Shown: positions 37,926 through 48,588 of the stretch, in pieces
Layout of the letters: every line of letters begins with the position of its first letter
Position numbering within the stretch: position 1 is the first letter of the stretch
Assembly: GCA_035439505.1 (NCBI GenBank)
Contig: DAORKJ010000002.1
Coordinates: 20,735 to 84,734, forward strand
DNA: 64,000 nt
Origin: Chitinophagales bacterium
GTDB taxonomy: Bacteria > Bacteroidota > Bacteroidia > Chitinophagales > BACL12
Direction: 5' to 3'
The notes under the pieces: model-generated
The model's database searches: none
Told to the model about the DNA's origin: nothing
Seen by the model: the letters and a program-made list of their open reading frames with translations, nothing else
Program-made: the position numbers and the translations under genes

Positions 37926-39350
37926 TTATTTACCTTTTCCCTGGAAAATGATGAGCACTGTATAAATCATAATTTTAAAATCAATAGCCAGACTCATGTT
38001 TTCGATATATAATAAATCGTATTTCATACGTTGTACCATTTGGTCAACATTACTGGCATAACCAAACTTTACCATACCCCAACTGGTTAAGCCGGGTTTT
38101 ACTTTTTGAAGATGTTTATAGGAAGGGGCAATTTTGGTTATTTGGTCTATATAAAATTGTCGTTCAGGTCGCGGCCCAACTAAACTCATTTCGCCTTTAA
38201 GGATATTAAATATTTGAGGTAATTCATCAAATCGCCATTTGCGCATTACCTTACCCCAGGTTGTAATCCGTTCATCATTTTCACTGCTTAAGGCTGGTCC
38301 GTTATCTTCAGCAGTTACATACATAGACCTGAATTTTATGATGGTGAATGGTTTGCTATTAATACCTACTCGCTGTTGATAATAAAATATTGGTCCTTTG
38401 GATGAGAATTTGACTTTTATAGCTATAAACAAATACAAAGGCCATAATATAAGTATAACAAAAATGGCAACTGCGATATCGATTCCACGTTTAATAATCC
38501 GCTGCCAACGTGGCATCAGGTCAGGATAAATTTCGATTAATACTGCCCCTAATACATTACCCATTTTTACACTTCCTGATAATATATCATACATATCAGG
38601 TACAATTTTAATCACGATATTACCTTTTTCTGCCAGTTTATCAATTATTTCATTTAATAAATGGTGTTCAGAAGTTTCTATCGCAATAATAACTTCATCA
38701 ATATTGCGGGCATTTATAATTTCATTTAATTGCGATAAATTACCTAAACAAGGCATAAATTTATCTAAATCAGAACCATGGTTGCCATTTGCTTCGATGT
38801 AACCTACAAATGCATAACCTAATGATTTTTTGTAATGGGTTATTTCCTGGTGTATAGACGATGCGCGTAAATCACTCCCAATTATAATGGTATTATAAGC
38901 CACTACACCTTTTTGCAATTGACGTTTTGCTCTGGTTAATATGATAATCCGAAACAATACGGTTAAAAGAAATTGCCCGAAAAACAATAAAAAGAATATT
39001 TGATAATAGTCGCGGTAGTCGCTAATATAATCATCAAGCAGCAATGCAAAGAAAATAATTAATACACCTATAAATGAAACAACAAAGGTGCGTGTTAATT
39101 CTGCTAAACGCGATTTACGGTAAATGTCGGTATAGGTTCCGCCAATAAAATGTAACACTATCCAAATAATAGGAATGGCAAAAATGCCGTAGAAAAAATT
39201 TTTATCGTTAAGTACTTTATTGGTAATATCAAAAGGTAAATCTTCAATAACAAATTTGCGATAGAAAAATAACCCAGCCCATACCAGCATTGCCGCGAAA
39301 TAATCGAGCAGGATATAGGTAAGGATGCCAATTTTCTTTTTAAATCGCAT
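37926..39350 (-). CDS. Polyprenyl-phosphate sugar phosphotransferase (WbaP-like initiating transferase)
   Basis: The N-terminal TM bundle is followed by the bacterial sugar transferase domain (DELPQIFNILKGEMSLVGPRPE). Confidence 0.85.
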   Translation of the reverse strand: MRFKKKIGILTYILLDYFAAMLVWAGLFFYRKFVIEDLPFDITNKVLNDKNFFYGIFAIPIIWIVLHFIGGTYTDIYRKSRLAELTRTFVVSFIGVLIIFFALLLDDYISDYRDYYQIFFLLFFGQFLLTVLFRIIILTRAKRQLQKGVVAYNTIIIGSDLRASSIHQEITHYKKSLGYAFVGYIEANGNHGSDLDKFMPCLGNLSQLNEIINARNIDEVIIAIETSEHHLLNEIIDKLAEKGNIVIKIVPDMYDILSGSVKMGNVLGAVLIEIYPDLMPRWQRIIKRGIDIAVAIFVILILWPLYLFIAIKVKFSSKGPIFYYQQRVGINSKPFTIIKFRSMYVTAEDNGPALSSENDERITTWGKVMRKWRFDELPQIFNILKGEMSLVGPRPERQFYIDQITKIAPSYKHLQKVKPGLTSWGMVKFGYASNVDQMVQRMKYDLLYIENMSLAIDFKIMIYTVLIIFQGKGK

Positions 39351-40231
39351 TATTTTGATTGTATAATTTTAATATTATCAAACATAATTGTTGCTGTGTC
39401 CAGCGTGTTAATAGCTCTGAATTCTAAATGATAAGACTCCGGTTGGTATGCTGCAAAATATTGCAAAGTGGCATTTAAATTCACATATATCTTATTCCAG
39501 TTTTCTTTAGATGTAATGGTAAGCACCTCATCATATAAAGCTGATCCGGTTGCTGTATTACATTTTACCCAGATATTGAAAGGAATATCGCATTTATAAT
39601 CTAACTCTAAAAATAACTGATGGTCAATAGCCGGAAAAAATAATGGGTCGCTGGTTTGAACATAAAATGTATCAATTGCACCTGTCATAGTGCTTATAGC
39701 TGAGCGATTGCCCTCAAACACCAACGATTCGTCAGAAGTAGTAGTTAGTATAGCATCTTCAATTACACTATAAAACGGGTTGCTGCTTTCAAACCGTTCT
39801 ATCATAAGAAATGTGATTGCAGCAGAATTTTTATAGGTTGTTGCAGGCGATATAGTATCTGTAGCTCCTGCAATTAAATTTCTTGTTATGGTATAAGGAT
39901 TATAAAATGGATAAATCATTCCAGTTCCTGATATTCCATTTTCCTTTATTCCGGGGTAAACAATTATTTCTGTTTCACCATCGGCAAGAATTGGAACGGT
40001 AGCAGGTAATTCAAATGCCCCAATAAATTCGTTATTCGCATACACCCAGGCATCAGGTAATTTTGATGAAGCATAACCCTGAATATCTAAACTGGTTGTA
40101 AACGAAAATTCGTTAATGTAAACATAAGATGGAATTTTTTCTTCGGGGTTGATAATTTCGCAACCCTGCATAAATAGCACCCCACTACAGCCAATTATGA
40201 TATTTTTTAATGTATTTCCCAGCTTCATCAA
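39350..40231 (-). CDS. Hypothetical lipoprotein
   Basis: It has a lipobox (FMQGC) and a beta-rich sequence. Its stop overlaps the transferase start (TAATG). Confidence 0.6.
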   Translation of the reverse strand: MMKLGNTLKNIIIGCSGVLFMQGCEIINPEEKIPSYVYINEFSFTTSLDIQGYASSKLPDAWVYANNEFIGAFELPATVPILADGETEIIVYPGIKENGISGTGMIYPFYNPYTITRNLIAGATDTISPATTYKNSAAITFLMIERFESSNPFYSVIEDAILTTTSDESLVFEGNRSAISTMTGAIDTFYVQTSDPLFFPAIDHQLFLELDYKCDIPFNIWVKCNTATGSALYDEVLTITSKENWNKIYVNLNATLQYFAAYQPESYHLEFRAINTLDTATIMFDNIKIIQSK

Positions 40232-40256
40232 TAATTAATTTTTAAATGCTTTTCGA

Positions 40257-41240
40257 TTATCGATAAGCAACATTTTTTTCAATTTTATGCAGAATCATAT
40301 GGGCAACTTGTAAAGCGCGATAACCATCTTCAATAGTAACCGGTGTGTCGGTATCGTTGATAATAGCTTTGGCAAATTGTTCTAATTCCATCTTTATCGC
40401 ATTAACAGGAGTAATAATAGGTTTATCCATTTTAATTACCCGTTTTTTAGACGCATCACCGGTGTTAATCTCTATAGTAAACGCATCTTCATCAGGATTA
40501 GCATCACTCATCGTTAATATTTCAGTCATATTTTCCCCAAAATCTACTGCAATATAGGCATCGCGTTGAAAAAGACGCATTTTACGCATTTTTTTCATGG
40601 AAATACGACTTGCAGTAAGATTAGCAACACAACCGTTGTCAAATTCAAGACGGGCATTAGCTATATCAGGTTGGTTACTCAATACTTTCACACCACTTGC
40701 ACTTACTTTTTTGACATTAGAATGAACAAGATGTAACACAATATCGATATCGTGAATCATCAGGTCCAATACCACCGAAACATCTGTTCCTCTTGGATTA
40801 AATGTAGAAAGACGGTGCGACTCAATAAACATGGGCTGAATATCAAGGTCCTTGATGGCTAAAAAAGCTGGATTGAAGCGCTCCACATGCCCCACTTGTG
40901 CCTTTACATTGGCTTCATGAGCAAGCGACATGATGTATTTGGCCTCGCTAACCGTATTGGCTAGTGGTTTTTCAATAAAAATGTGTTTGGCCTTTTTTAA
41001 TGCTGCTCTGGCGCAATCGTAATGTGAAATGGTGGGTGTCACAATATCAACGGCATCGCATACCTCAATAAGTTTGTGAATGCTGTTGAAACGCGGAATC
41101 TGGAATGTTTCTGCCGCATACTTCGCATTTGTTTCGTCCGGGTCGTAAAAGCCAACAAGCTCAAAGTCAGGAATTTCCTTCAGTAACTTCAAATGGATTT
41201 TCCCCAAATGTCCGGCACCTAATACACCAATTCTAACCAT
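40257..41240 (-). CDS. Gfo/Idh/MocA family NAD(P)-dependent oxidoreductase
   Basis: It has the N-terminal Rossmann fold MVRIGVLGAGHLGKIH and the EKP motif (IFIEKPL). Confidence 0.85.
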   Translation of the reverse strand: MVRIGVLGAGHLGKIHLKLLKEIPDFELVGFYDPDETNAKYAAETFQIPRFNSIHKLIEVCDAVDIVTPTISHYDCARAALKKAKHIFIEKPLANTVSEAKYIMSLAHEANVKAQVGHVERFNPAFLAIKDLDIQPMFIESHRLSTFNPRGTDVSVVLDLMIHDIDIVLHLVHSNVKKVSASGVKVLSNQPDIANARLEFDNGCVANLTASRISMKKMRKMRLFQRDAYIAVDFGENMTEILTMSDANPDEDAFTIEINTGDASKKRVIKMDKPIITPVNAIKMELEQFAKAIINDTDTPVTIEDGYRALQVAHMILHKIEKNVAYR

Positions 41241-41321
41241 ACATGGATTTGTGGCAAATTTAATTTATTCACCTTGAGCGTTATATAAAATGAAGATATA
41301 AATGTCCACGTTTTATACAAT

Positions 41322-43046
41322 ATGTATATCAACCAACACAGTTTACCAAAATCTGACATGAAAAATGCTTTATCTTCACCTCGAAATTCAGGTATGACAA
41401 AAAGTAGTTTTTCTTTACCACTGGTATTACTACCCTTGCTTTCAGGTTTATTGCTCTGGGCTGCCTGGCCGCCTTTACCTTATACGTTTTTGGTTTTTAT
41501 CGGGTTTGTTCCACTGCTTCTGGGTGCAAAAATGGTTAATGACAGGTTTGTAAAATTTACTTCTTTCAAGGTTTGGTTAAGCCTGTATTTTGGCTTGTTG
41601 CTTTGGAATCTGCTCACCACTTGGTGGGTAAGTAATGCAAGTGTAGCAGGAGGTTTGTTTGCCAATATGGCCAACCCGATTTTAATGACCGTGCCGCTTA
41701 TGCTTGCTCGAAATACCGGGAAACGTCTTGGTGAAAATGCAGGCTTGTTGGCATTTATTGTTTACTGGATGAGTTTTGAGTTTATCCATCTCCGCTGGGA
41801 ATTAACCTGGCCATGGTTGTCGCTGGGAAATGTATTTGCACTTAATCATACATTGATTCAATGGTACGAATACACGGGTGTTTTTGGTGGTACTTTATGG
41901 GTATTAGTAGCCAATGTGCTGATATATAAAATTGTGTCTAAGTTTATTTTTACCCAAACTGAAAACAATCAACAAAAGAAAAAAACATCCTTAATGTACG
42001 GAACAATTTTCCTCCTTTGGATTATTATTCCGATTGTAATTTCTAAAAACATTTATAACCATTATGTAGAAAAAGGAACATCAACTAATGTTACTGTTGT
42101 ACAACCAAATTTCGACCCATATACAGAAAAATTTACTATTCCCTACAGTATTCAAATGGATAAAATGTTATCGCTTTCGCTAGATGGCATTACCGATTCA
42201 ACATCATTTTTGGTGTGGCCGGAAACGGCAATTCAAACTGAAATTTGGTTAGATAAACTGCCTTATGAAAAACCGGTAAGAGATATTCAAAAAGCAATTG
42301 ACAGTTTCCCGAATTTAACTGCTGTTGTCGGGATAAATGGATTTGAACGATATTACGATAAAAGTAAAGTTTCACCAACCGCTAGAACATTTGTAACGCA
42401 TAATTCAAAACGTGATACAATTATTTACGACATTTATAATACAGCACTTGCCATAAATGGTAACGGACCTCAGGGTTATTATCATAAATCTAAATTAGTG
42501 CCCGGTGTTGAACGAATGCCATATCCCGGTTTTTTTGCATTTATAGGGTCATGGGCAATTGAACTCGGCGGAATTTCCGGAAGTTTAGGTATTCAAAAAG
42601 AACGCACAGTGTTTTTTAATAAAGACAGTATTGGGGTTGCTCCTGTAATTTGTTATGAAAGTATTTTTGGAGAATATGTTTCTGACTACGTGAATAAAGG
42701 TGCGGGTTTAATTTTTATTATTACTAACGATGGTTGGTGGGGAAAAACAAATGGATATTTACAACATAACGAATATGCCAAATTGCGCAGCATCGAAACA
42801 AGAAGAAGTATTGCCCGCTCTGCAAATACCGGTACATCATGTTTTATTAACCAACGTGGAGATATTTCACAGGCAACGGAATGGCGAGAAGATGCTGTAA
42901 TAAATCAATCTTTAAAAGTTAATACTACAATCACTTTTTACACTAAACATGGCGACTATCTAGCCCGTATTGCTTTAATTATTTCCGGATTATTAGCTAT
43001 TACAGCATTAGTGAACAGGGTTAGATCAAAAATTAAATCAAATTAA
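41322..43046 (+). CDS. lnt: Apolipoprotein N-acyltransferase
   Basis: The multi-TM N-terminal half is followed by a CN-hydrolase domain with the catalytic VICYESIF. The true start may be an internal Met (41358 or 41394). Confidence 0.85.
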   Translation: MYINQHSLPKSDMKNALSSPRNSGMTKSSFSLPLVLLPLLSGLLLWAAWPPLPYTFLVFIGFVPLLLGAKMVNDRFVKFTSFKVWLSLYFGLLLWNLLTTWWVSNASVAGGLFANMANPILMTVPLMLARNTGKRLGENAGLLAFIVYWMSFEFIHLRWELTWPWLSLGNVFALNHTLIQWYEYTGVFGGTLWVLVANVLIYKIVSKFIFTQTENNQQKKKTSLMYGTIFLLWIIIPIVISKNIYNHYVEKGTSTNVTVVQPNFDPYTEKFTIPYSIQMDKMLSLSLDGITDSTSFLVWPETAIQTEIWLDKLPYEKPVRDIQKAIDSFPNLTAVVGINGFERYYDKSKVSPTARTFVTHNSKRDTIIYDIYNTALAINGNGPQGYYHKSKLVPGVERMPYPGFFAFIGSWAIELGGISGSLGIQKERTVFFNKDSIGVAPVICYESIFGEYVSDYVNKGAGLIFIITNDGWWGKTNGYLQHNEYAKLRSIETRRSIARSANTGTSCFINQRGDISQATEWREDAVINQSLKVNTTITFYTKHGDYLARIALIISGLLAITALVNRVRSKIKSN

Positions 43047-43054
43047 ATTAAATT

Positions 43055-43858
43055 ATGATGATGGATTATGTGCAGCTTGAACAATTGTGTTCGTCAGTAA
43101 GGGATGTTGTAAAACAGGTTGGGCTTGACATCGCCATATCCAGAAAACGAATTGATGAAATTGTAATTGAAAAAAAAGGGGTACGCGATTTTGTAACTGA
43201 AGTGGACAGACAGGCAGAACAAACTTTAGTAAAACACTTACAAAATTTATTACCTGAGGCAGGATTTGTAACGGAAGAAAAAACAATCGCCCAATCTGAT
43301 AAACCTTATAATTGGATAATTGACCCATTAGATGGAACTATGAATTTTGTGCACGGAATTCCTGCATATAGTGTAAGTATAGGACTGGAATTTCAACACG
43401 AAATAATATTAGGTGTAGTATATGAAATTGTGCACGATGAAATGTTTTATTCCTGGAAAAATGCACCTTCTTTTTGTAATAATAAAATAATTCACATTTC
43501 TGATTGTAAACAATTACAAGATGCATTAATTGCAACAGGTTTTCCATATATTAGAAATGATGAGCGAACAACAAAAATTTCGGCAACACTAAAATATTTT
43601 TTAGACAATGGTCGTGATATACGCAGAATAGGTACAGCAGCAACCGATTTATGTTATGTTGCGTGTGGCAGAATGGATGTTTATTACGAAGGATTTTTAA
43701 ATATTTGGGATGTTGCAGGTGGTATTATCATTGTACAAAATGCAGGTGGATTTGTTTCGGATTTTTCAGGAGGGAATAATTTTAGTAAAGGTGAAATTGT
43801 AGCCTGCAGTCCTGTAATAAAAGATGTTGTTTTAACAGGTGTTGCCTTAATGCCATAA
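43055..43858 (+). CDS. Inositol monophosphatase family protein
   Basis: It has the WIIDPLDGTMNF and ATGFPY motifs. Confidence 0.85.
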   Translation: MMMDYVQLEQLCSSVRDVVKQVGLDIAISRKRIDEIVIEKKGVRDFVTEVDRQAEQTLVKHLQNLLPEAGFVTEEKTIAQSDKPYNWIIDPLDGTMNFVHGIPAYSVSIGLEFQHEIILGVVYEIVHDEMFYSWKNAPSFCNNKIIHISDCKQLQDALIATGFPYIRNDERTTKISATLKYFLDNGRDIRRIGTAATDLCYVACGRMDVYYEGFLNIWDVAGGIIIVQNAGGFVSDFSGGNNFSKGEIVACSPVIKDVVLTGVALMP

Positions 43859-43860
43859 AA

Positions 43861-43889
43861 AAACGCAACCGTTAAACGATTGCGTTTTA
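43861..43889. terminator. Bidirectional terminator between convergent genes
   Basis: AAAACGCAA...TTGCGTTTT forms a stem with flanking A and T tracts. Confidence 0.55.
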
Positions 43890-43909
43890 CAAATTATATT
43901 GATTTTCGT

Positions 43910-44929
43910 TTATACAAAAAATGAAACGATATAATAAATTAATCCGCTCATAATCATTGCTGCAGGAATAGTTAAAATCCAAGCCCACATAATTTTAGTT
44001 ACTACCGACCAACGAACAGCACTAACACGTTTAGCTGCCCCAACTCCCATAATTGAACCGGTAATAGTATGTGTAGTAGATGCTGGAATTCCCATTGCTG
44101 CAGTACCAAATAAAGTAATGGCACCGGCAGTTTCTGCACAAAAACCACCCATAGGTTTTAATGGCGTTAAATTGTGTCCCATTGTTTTTACAACTTTCCA
44201 TCCTCCTATTAAAGTACCCAATCCGATTACTGTATAACAGGCATAAAATACCCATTGCGGTGGGGCATCGATACTAGCATGCCCTGCAGATGCGAGAAGT
44301 AAAATAATAATTCCCGCTGTTTTTTGAGCATCGTTACTACCATGACCTAAACTAAATGCAGCTGAAGAAACTAATTGCATTACCTGAAAAAATCCATCTA
44401 CTTTTCCGGGACGTGTTCTTCTGAAAATCCAAAGTGTAATAATTTGTAAGGTATAAGCGGTAAATAAACCGATAATTGGCGCTAATAAAATGAATATCCC
44501 AATCCAGCCAATACCTTTATGATCTGGTTCAAACCACAACAATGCATCAGGTCCGGCTTTTACTAATGCGGGTCCAATTAATCCTCCAATTAAGGTGTGT
44601 GAAATACTAATTGGCAAACCAAATCGGGTGCAAATCCATCCCCAAATAATTGCACCAACAAGTGAGCAAAAAATAAAATAATTATCACCATCAACTACGG
44701 AGGCATCAATTACTCCTTTACTCATTGTTTTGGAAACTTCAGTACTTTGAAAAATCCATAATGCAGCAAAATTGAAAAATGCGGCCCATACTACAGCTTT
44801 AGCCGGACTTAACACCCTAGTTGCTACAATAGTGGAAATAGAGTTGGCAGCATCATTGGCTCCATTTATGAAGTCGAAAATGAGTGCAAGCACAACGGTT
44901 ATTATAATAATAGGTGCAATACCATCCAT
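43910..44929 (-). CDS. Inorganic phosphate transporter, PiT family
   Basis: Duplicated GANDAANS and GSNDAQKT signatures are present in a polytopic protein. Confidence 0.9.
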   Translation of the reverse strand: MDGIAPIIIITVVLALIFDFINGANDAANSISTIVATRVLSPAKAVVWAAFFNFAALWIFQSTEVSKTMSKGVIDASVVDGDNYFIFCSLVGAIIWGWICTRFGLPISISHTLIGGLIGPALVKAGPDALLWFEPDHKGIGWIGIFILLAPIIGLFTAYTLQIITLWIFRRTRPGKVDGFFQVMQLVSSAAFSLGHGSNDAQKTAGIIILLLASAGHASIDAPPQWVFYACYTVIGLGTLIGGWKVVKTMGHNLTPLKPMGGFCAETAGAITLFGTAAMGIPASTTHTITGSIMGVGAAKRVSAVRWSVVTKIMWAWILTIPAAMIMSGLIYYIVSFFV

Positions 44930-44931
44930 AA

Positions 44932-45579
44932 TTAAGTAGTTTTTACGATGATAGACTCTATTACATTAGCGATGTCTTCACAACGGTCGCTGGCACTTTC
45001 CATTTTAGCAATGATATCCTTAATCTTAATAATTTCGATTGGATCTTTTTCATTGGCAAATAGGTCGGTTAATGCTAATTCGAAAATAGCATCACTTTGA
45101 TTTTCTACATTGTTGATTTCGATTATCATTTTACGCAATTTCTCAATATTGCGCATATCGCGTAATTCTTCAATAGCTGCTTTTACTTTTACAGCACCTT
45201 CGCTGATTAATTCTGCCATTTTGATAACTGCTGATGGCACATTATTCGGTTTGTACAATTTAATGCGCAATGCAGCATCCTTCACATGGTCGGCAACATC
45301 ATCAATGGTAGAAGCCAGGTAATGAATGTCTTCCCTGTCGAACGGTGTGATAAATACCGTATTCAGGTTATTCATAATTTCATGTGTTATTTCATCACCA
45401 ATATGCTCGGCATGTTCAATTTCTTTGATAATGGCCTCGCGCTTGTCTGTGTCGCTTTCTTTTACACAGTGTAAAAGCAGGTTTGAAATGTGTACAATGT
45501 TGTCGGCAGCCTTGCCAAACAGCGGGTAAAATGTCTTGTCCTTCGGTTGGAAGAATTTAAGTACTTTGTCGATTGACAT
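44932..45579 (-). CDS. DUF47 (PhoU-like) phosphate transport regulator partner of PiT
   Basis: It is a helical roughly 215-aa protein 2 nt upstream of the PiT gene, the classical DUF47-PiT pair. Confidence 0.85.
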   Translation of the reverse strand: MSIDKVLKFFQPKDKTFYPLFGKAADNIVHISNLLLHCVKESDTDKREAIIKEIEHAEHIGDEITHEIMNNLNTVFITPFDREDIHYLASTIDDVADHVKDAALRIKLYKPNNVPSAVIKMAELISEGAVKVKAAIEELRDMRNIEKLRKMIIEINNVENQSDAIFELALTDLFANEKDPIEIIKIKDIIAKMESASDRCEDIANVIESIIVKTT

Positions 45580-45590
45580 ACGTTCGTTGT

Positions 45591-45794
45591 TTAAGTTAAT
45601 GTTAACAGGAGCTAAATTAATTGTTAAATAAAAGATTTTTTAACACAAAAGTCATTCTTCATATAAATATTACGTTGAATTAACATTGGCTTAATATTGC
45701 GGAAACCATTGCTGCGCCTCAATAGTGCCTGTTTCTAAATTAACAAATCTTTATGTGAGTATAAAATAAACAATGGCTTAATAATTACTTAACA
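45591..45794 (+). promoter_or_regulatory. Pho-box-like direct repeats in the PiT/Pst-2 divergent region
   Basis: TTAACA occurs five times in one orientation (45602, 45640, 45680, 45740, 45789). Three 11-bp-phased pairs are present: TTAAGT-N5-TTAACA, TTAACA-N5-TTAATA and TTAATA-N5-TTAACA. Confidence 0.35.
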
Positions 45795-45830
45795 TAGCCA
45801 AAATACCTTCGCAGTAACAATTTTAAAGCT

Positions 45831-46790
45831 ATGTTAAAACAAATCACATTCGTAGTGCTCGCAGCTGTAGGTTTAGCCTCATGCGGTGGCGGCAAATCTG
45901 AAGAAGCCGGATCAACTGAAATTGCCGGTAATATCTCAATTGACGGTTCTAGCACCGTTTTCCCTTTAAGCGAGGCTATGGCTGAGGAGTTTGGCCTTAA
46001 AAATCCAAAAGCACGTGTTACCGTTGGTGAATCCGGAACAGGTGGCGGTTTTAAGAAATTTGGTCGTGGTGAAATCGATATTTGTGGTGCTTCACGCCCG
46101 ATTAAGGATAGCGAAAAAGAAATTTGCGATTCAGCAGGCATCAAATATTTGGAGTTAGAAGTTGCTTATGATGGTCTTGCCGTTGTTGTAAATAAAGAAA
46201 ATACTTGGGTTGACAAACTCACAACTGCTGAGTTAAAAACCATGTGGGAAACTGCAGCACAAGGAAAAGTTACTTCTTGGAAACAAGTAAGAGCTTCATT
46301 CCCTGACGAACCACTCCATTTATATGGTGCAGGTACTGCCAGTGGAACTTTTGATTATTTTACAGAAGAAATTTGCGGTAAAAAAGGTGAAAGTCGTGGT
46401 GATTATACAGCTAGTGAAAATGACAATACTTTAGTAACCGGTGTTGCCGGCGATAAAGGTGGTTTGGCTTATTTTGGTATGGCTTATTATGAAAATAATA
46501 AAGAACAGCTTAAAATAGTACCTATCGACAATGGCAGCGGAACAGGTGTTATTCCAACACAGGAAACTGTTCTTAACAAATCATATGCTCCACTTTCACG
46601 TCCATTATATATATATGTAAGTGAAAAAGCATTAGCTCGTCCTGAAGTGCAGGCTTTTATTACTTTCTTTATTGATAATGCTCCTGAATTAAGTAAAGAA
46701 GTTGGTTATGTGCCATGTGAAGCAAGCATTTATGAAACCCAAAAAGGTTTATTAAAAGCTAGCATGGAAAAAAATGCACCGGCTAAATAA
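45831..46790 (+). CDS. pstS: Phosphate ABC transporter substrate-binding lipoprotein (PstS family), system 2
   Basis: It has the lipobox LASC and the [16 protein letters not shown]...ESGTGGGF motifs. Confidence 0.85.
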   Translation: MLKQITFVVLAAVGLASCGGGKSEEAGSTEIAGNISIDGSSTVFPLSEAMAEEFGLKNPKARVTVGESGTGGGFKKFGRGEIDICGASRPIKDSEKEICDSAGIKYLELEVAYDGLAVVVNKENTWVDKLTTAELKTMWETAAQGKVTSWKQVRASFPDEPLHLYGAGTASGTFDYFTEEICGKKGESRGDYTASENDNTLVTGVAGDKGGLAYFGMAYYENNKEQLKIVPIDNGSGTGVIPTQETVLNKSYAPLSRPLYIYVSEKALARPEVQAFITFFIDNAPELSKEVGYVPCEASIYETQKGLLKASMEKNAPAK

Positions 46791-46845
46791 TTAATTATAT
46801 ACCTGTTCAGGCAGTGAAATAACTGCCTGAACAATTTTTTGTATT

Positions 46846-47724
46846 GTGAAGAAACGGAACGAGAAAATAATAGAATTTTTTTTAGCACTTAGCGGTGCTA
46901 TTACTGTTTTAACAACTATCGGAATTTTATGGGTGTTGTTGTATGAATCGGTATTGTTCTTTAAAGAAGTATCGGTTGTTGAGTTTTTTACCGACACACA
47001 ATGGACACCACTATTTTCGGATAAACATTTTGGTATTTTACCACTTATTAGTGGAACCATTTTAACTTCATTTATTGCCATATTAGTGGCATTGCCAATC
47101 GGTTTAAGTATTGCTGTTTATTTAAATGAATATGCACATCCAAAAATCAGGCAAACTATTAAACCTGTTTTAGAAATATTAGCTGCTATCCCAACAGTAG
47201 TTTATGGCTTTTTTGCCTTAACCGTAGTCACACCATTTTTACAAACACTTATTCCATCACTCGCCGGCTTTAACGCATTATCGCCAGGTATCGTGATGGG
47301 CATTATGATTATCCCTTTAATATCTTCATTAAGTGAAGATGCCTTATATGCTGTTCCAAAATCGTTGCGAGAAGCAAGTTATGGATTGGGAGCAACACAA
47401 TTTCAAACATCATTTAAAGTATTAGTTCCGGCTGCATCATCAGGAATTATTGTTTCAGTTATCCTCGCCATTTCACGTGCATTTGGTGAAACAATGATTG
47501 TTGCCGTAGCTGCCGGTTTAGAACCGCGATTAACTTTAGACCCAACTGTGCCTATTGCCACCATTACTACCTATATTGTTCAGGTTTCGATGGGCGATGT
47601 ACCGCAAGGTTCATTGGAATTTAAAACCATATTTTCTGCGGGTATGATGTTATTTGTATTTACGTTTATTCTAAATACAATTTCAGCAAGAGTAAAAAAG
47701 AAATTTTATCATAAATACGAATAA
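46846..47724 (+). CDS. pstC: Phosphate ABC transporter permease PstC, system 2
   Basis: It uses a GTG start and has the EASYGLGATQFQTSFKV loop. Confidence 0.85.
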   Translation: MKKRNEKIIEFFLALSGAITVLTTIGILWVLLYESVLFFKEVSVVEFFTDTQWTPLFSDKHFGILPLISGTILTSFIAILVALPIGLSIAVYLNEYAHPKIRQTIKPVLEILAAIPTVVYGFFALTVVTPFLQTLIPSLAGFNALSPGIVMGIMIIPLISSLSEDALYAVPKSLREASYGLGATQFQTSFKVLVPAASSGIIVSVILAISRAFGETMIVAVAAGLEPRLTLDPTVPIATITTYIVQVSMGDVPQGSLEFKTIFSAGMMLFVFTFILNTISARVKKKFYHKYE

Positions 47725-47738
47725 ATAAGCGCACAAGC

Positions 47739-48584
47739 ATGAATAACAGATTAAAAAATAACCTTTTCAAATACTGGGCAATTACCTGCACCTTGTTTGG
47801 AATTGCTATGCTGCTTATTTTTTTAATTAATATTGTAATTGATGGTGTAGGCAGATTAGATTGGAATTTTATTACCGATTTGCCTTCACGTAAACCTGAA
47901 TTAGCCGGTATTTATACTGCTATTATGGGAACAGTTTGGATTTTGGGATTAACTGCAATAATTGCTATTCCAATTGGTGTTGCTGCAGGAATATATCTTG
48001 AAGAATATGGCAAAAAATCACGTTTTGCCAATATTCTGGAAATTAATATTACCAACCTCGCCGGTATACCTTCTATTATTTATGGTATTTTAGGTTTAGA
48101 AGTATTTGTGCGCATGTTTGGATTAGGCAATAGTGTAATAGCCGGCGCATTAACTTTATCACTTTTAATTTTACCCATAATTATTGTTGCTACCCGCGAA
48201 GCAATTAAGGCCGTACCGAAAACAATTCGAGAAGCTAGTTTTGCATTAGGTGCAACAAAATGGCAAACCATATCGCAACAAATTTTACCCGCAGCCGGGG
48301 GAGGAGTTGTTACAGGTGTAATTCTTGCATTGTCCAGAGCAATTGGAGAAACTGCACCTTTGATTGTAGTTGGTGCATTAACCTATGTGCCGTTTGTGCC
48401 TCAATCGCCAATGGACCAGTATTCTGTTTTGCCGATGCAAATTTTTAACTGGATAAGCAGACCTGAAAAGGAATTTGCAACCAATGCAGCGGCTGCAATT
48501 ATTGTGTTATTATTAATCACATTTATAATGAATGGCTTCGCGATTTATTTGCGTAATCGCTGGCAAAAAAAGGTTAAGTGGTAA
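47739..48584 (+). CDS. pstA: Phosphate ABC transporter permease PstA, system 2
   Basis: It has the [17 protein letters not shown] loop. Confidence 0.85.
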   Translation: MNNRLKNNLFKYWAITCTLFGIAMLLIFLINIVIDGVGRLDWNFITDLPSRKPELAGIYTAIMGTVWILGLTAIIAIPIGVAAGIYLEEYGKKSRFANILEINITNLAGIPSIIYGILGLEVFVRMFGLGNSVIAGALTLSLLILPIIIVATREAIKAVPKTIREASFALGATKWQTISQQILPAAGGGVVTGVILALSRAIGETAPLIVVGALTYVPFVPQSPMDQYSVLPMQIFNWISRPEKEFATNAAAAIIVLLLITFIMNGFAIYLRNRWQKKVKW

Positions 48585-48588
48585 TTAT

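Noticed and set aside
43053-43547. Minus-strand ORFs of 91 and 69 aa
   Set aside because: They are antisense to the inositol monophosphatase-family gene, which has clear motifs.
45785-46144. 119-aa minus-strand ORF overlapping the start of pstS-2
   Set aside because: It is antisense to a well-supported PstS gene, and its Pro/Ser-rich translation is typical of a shadow frame.
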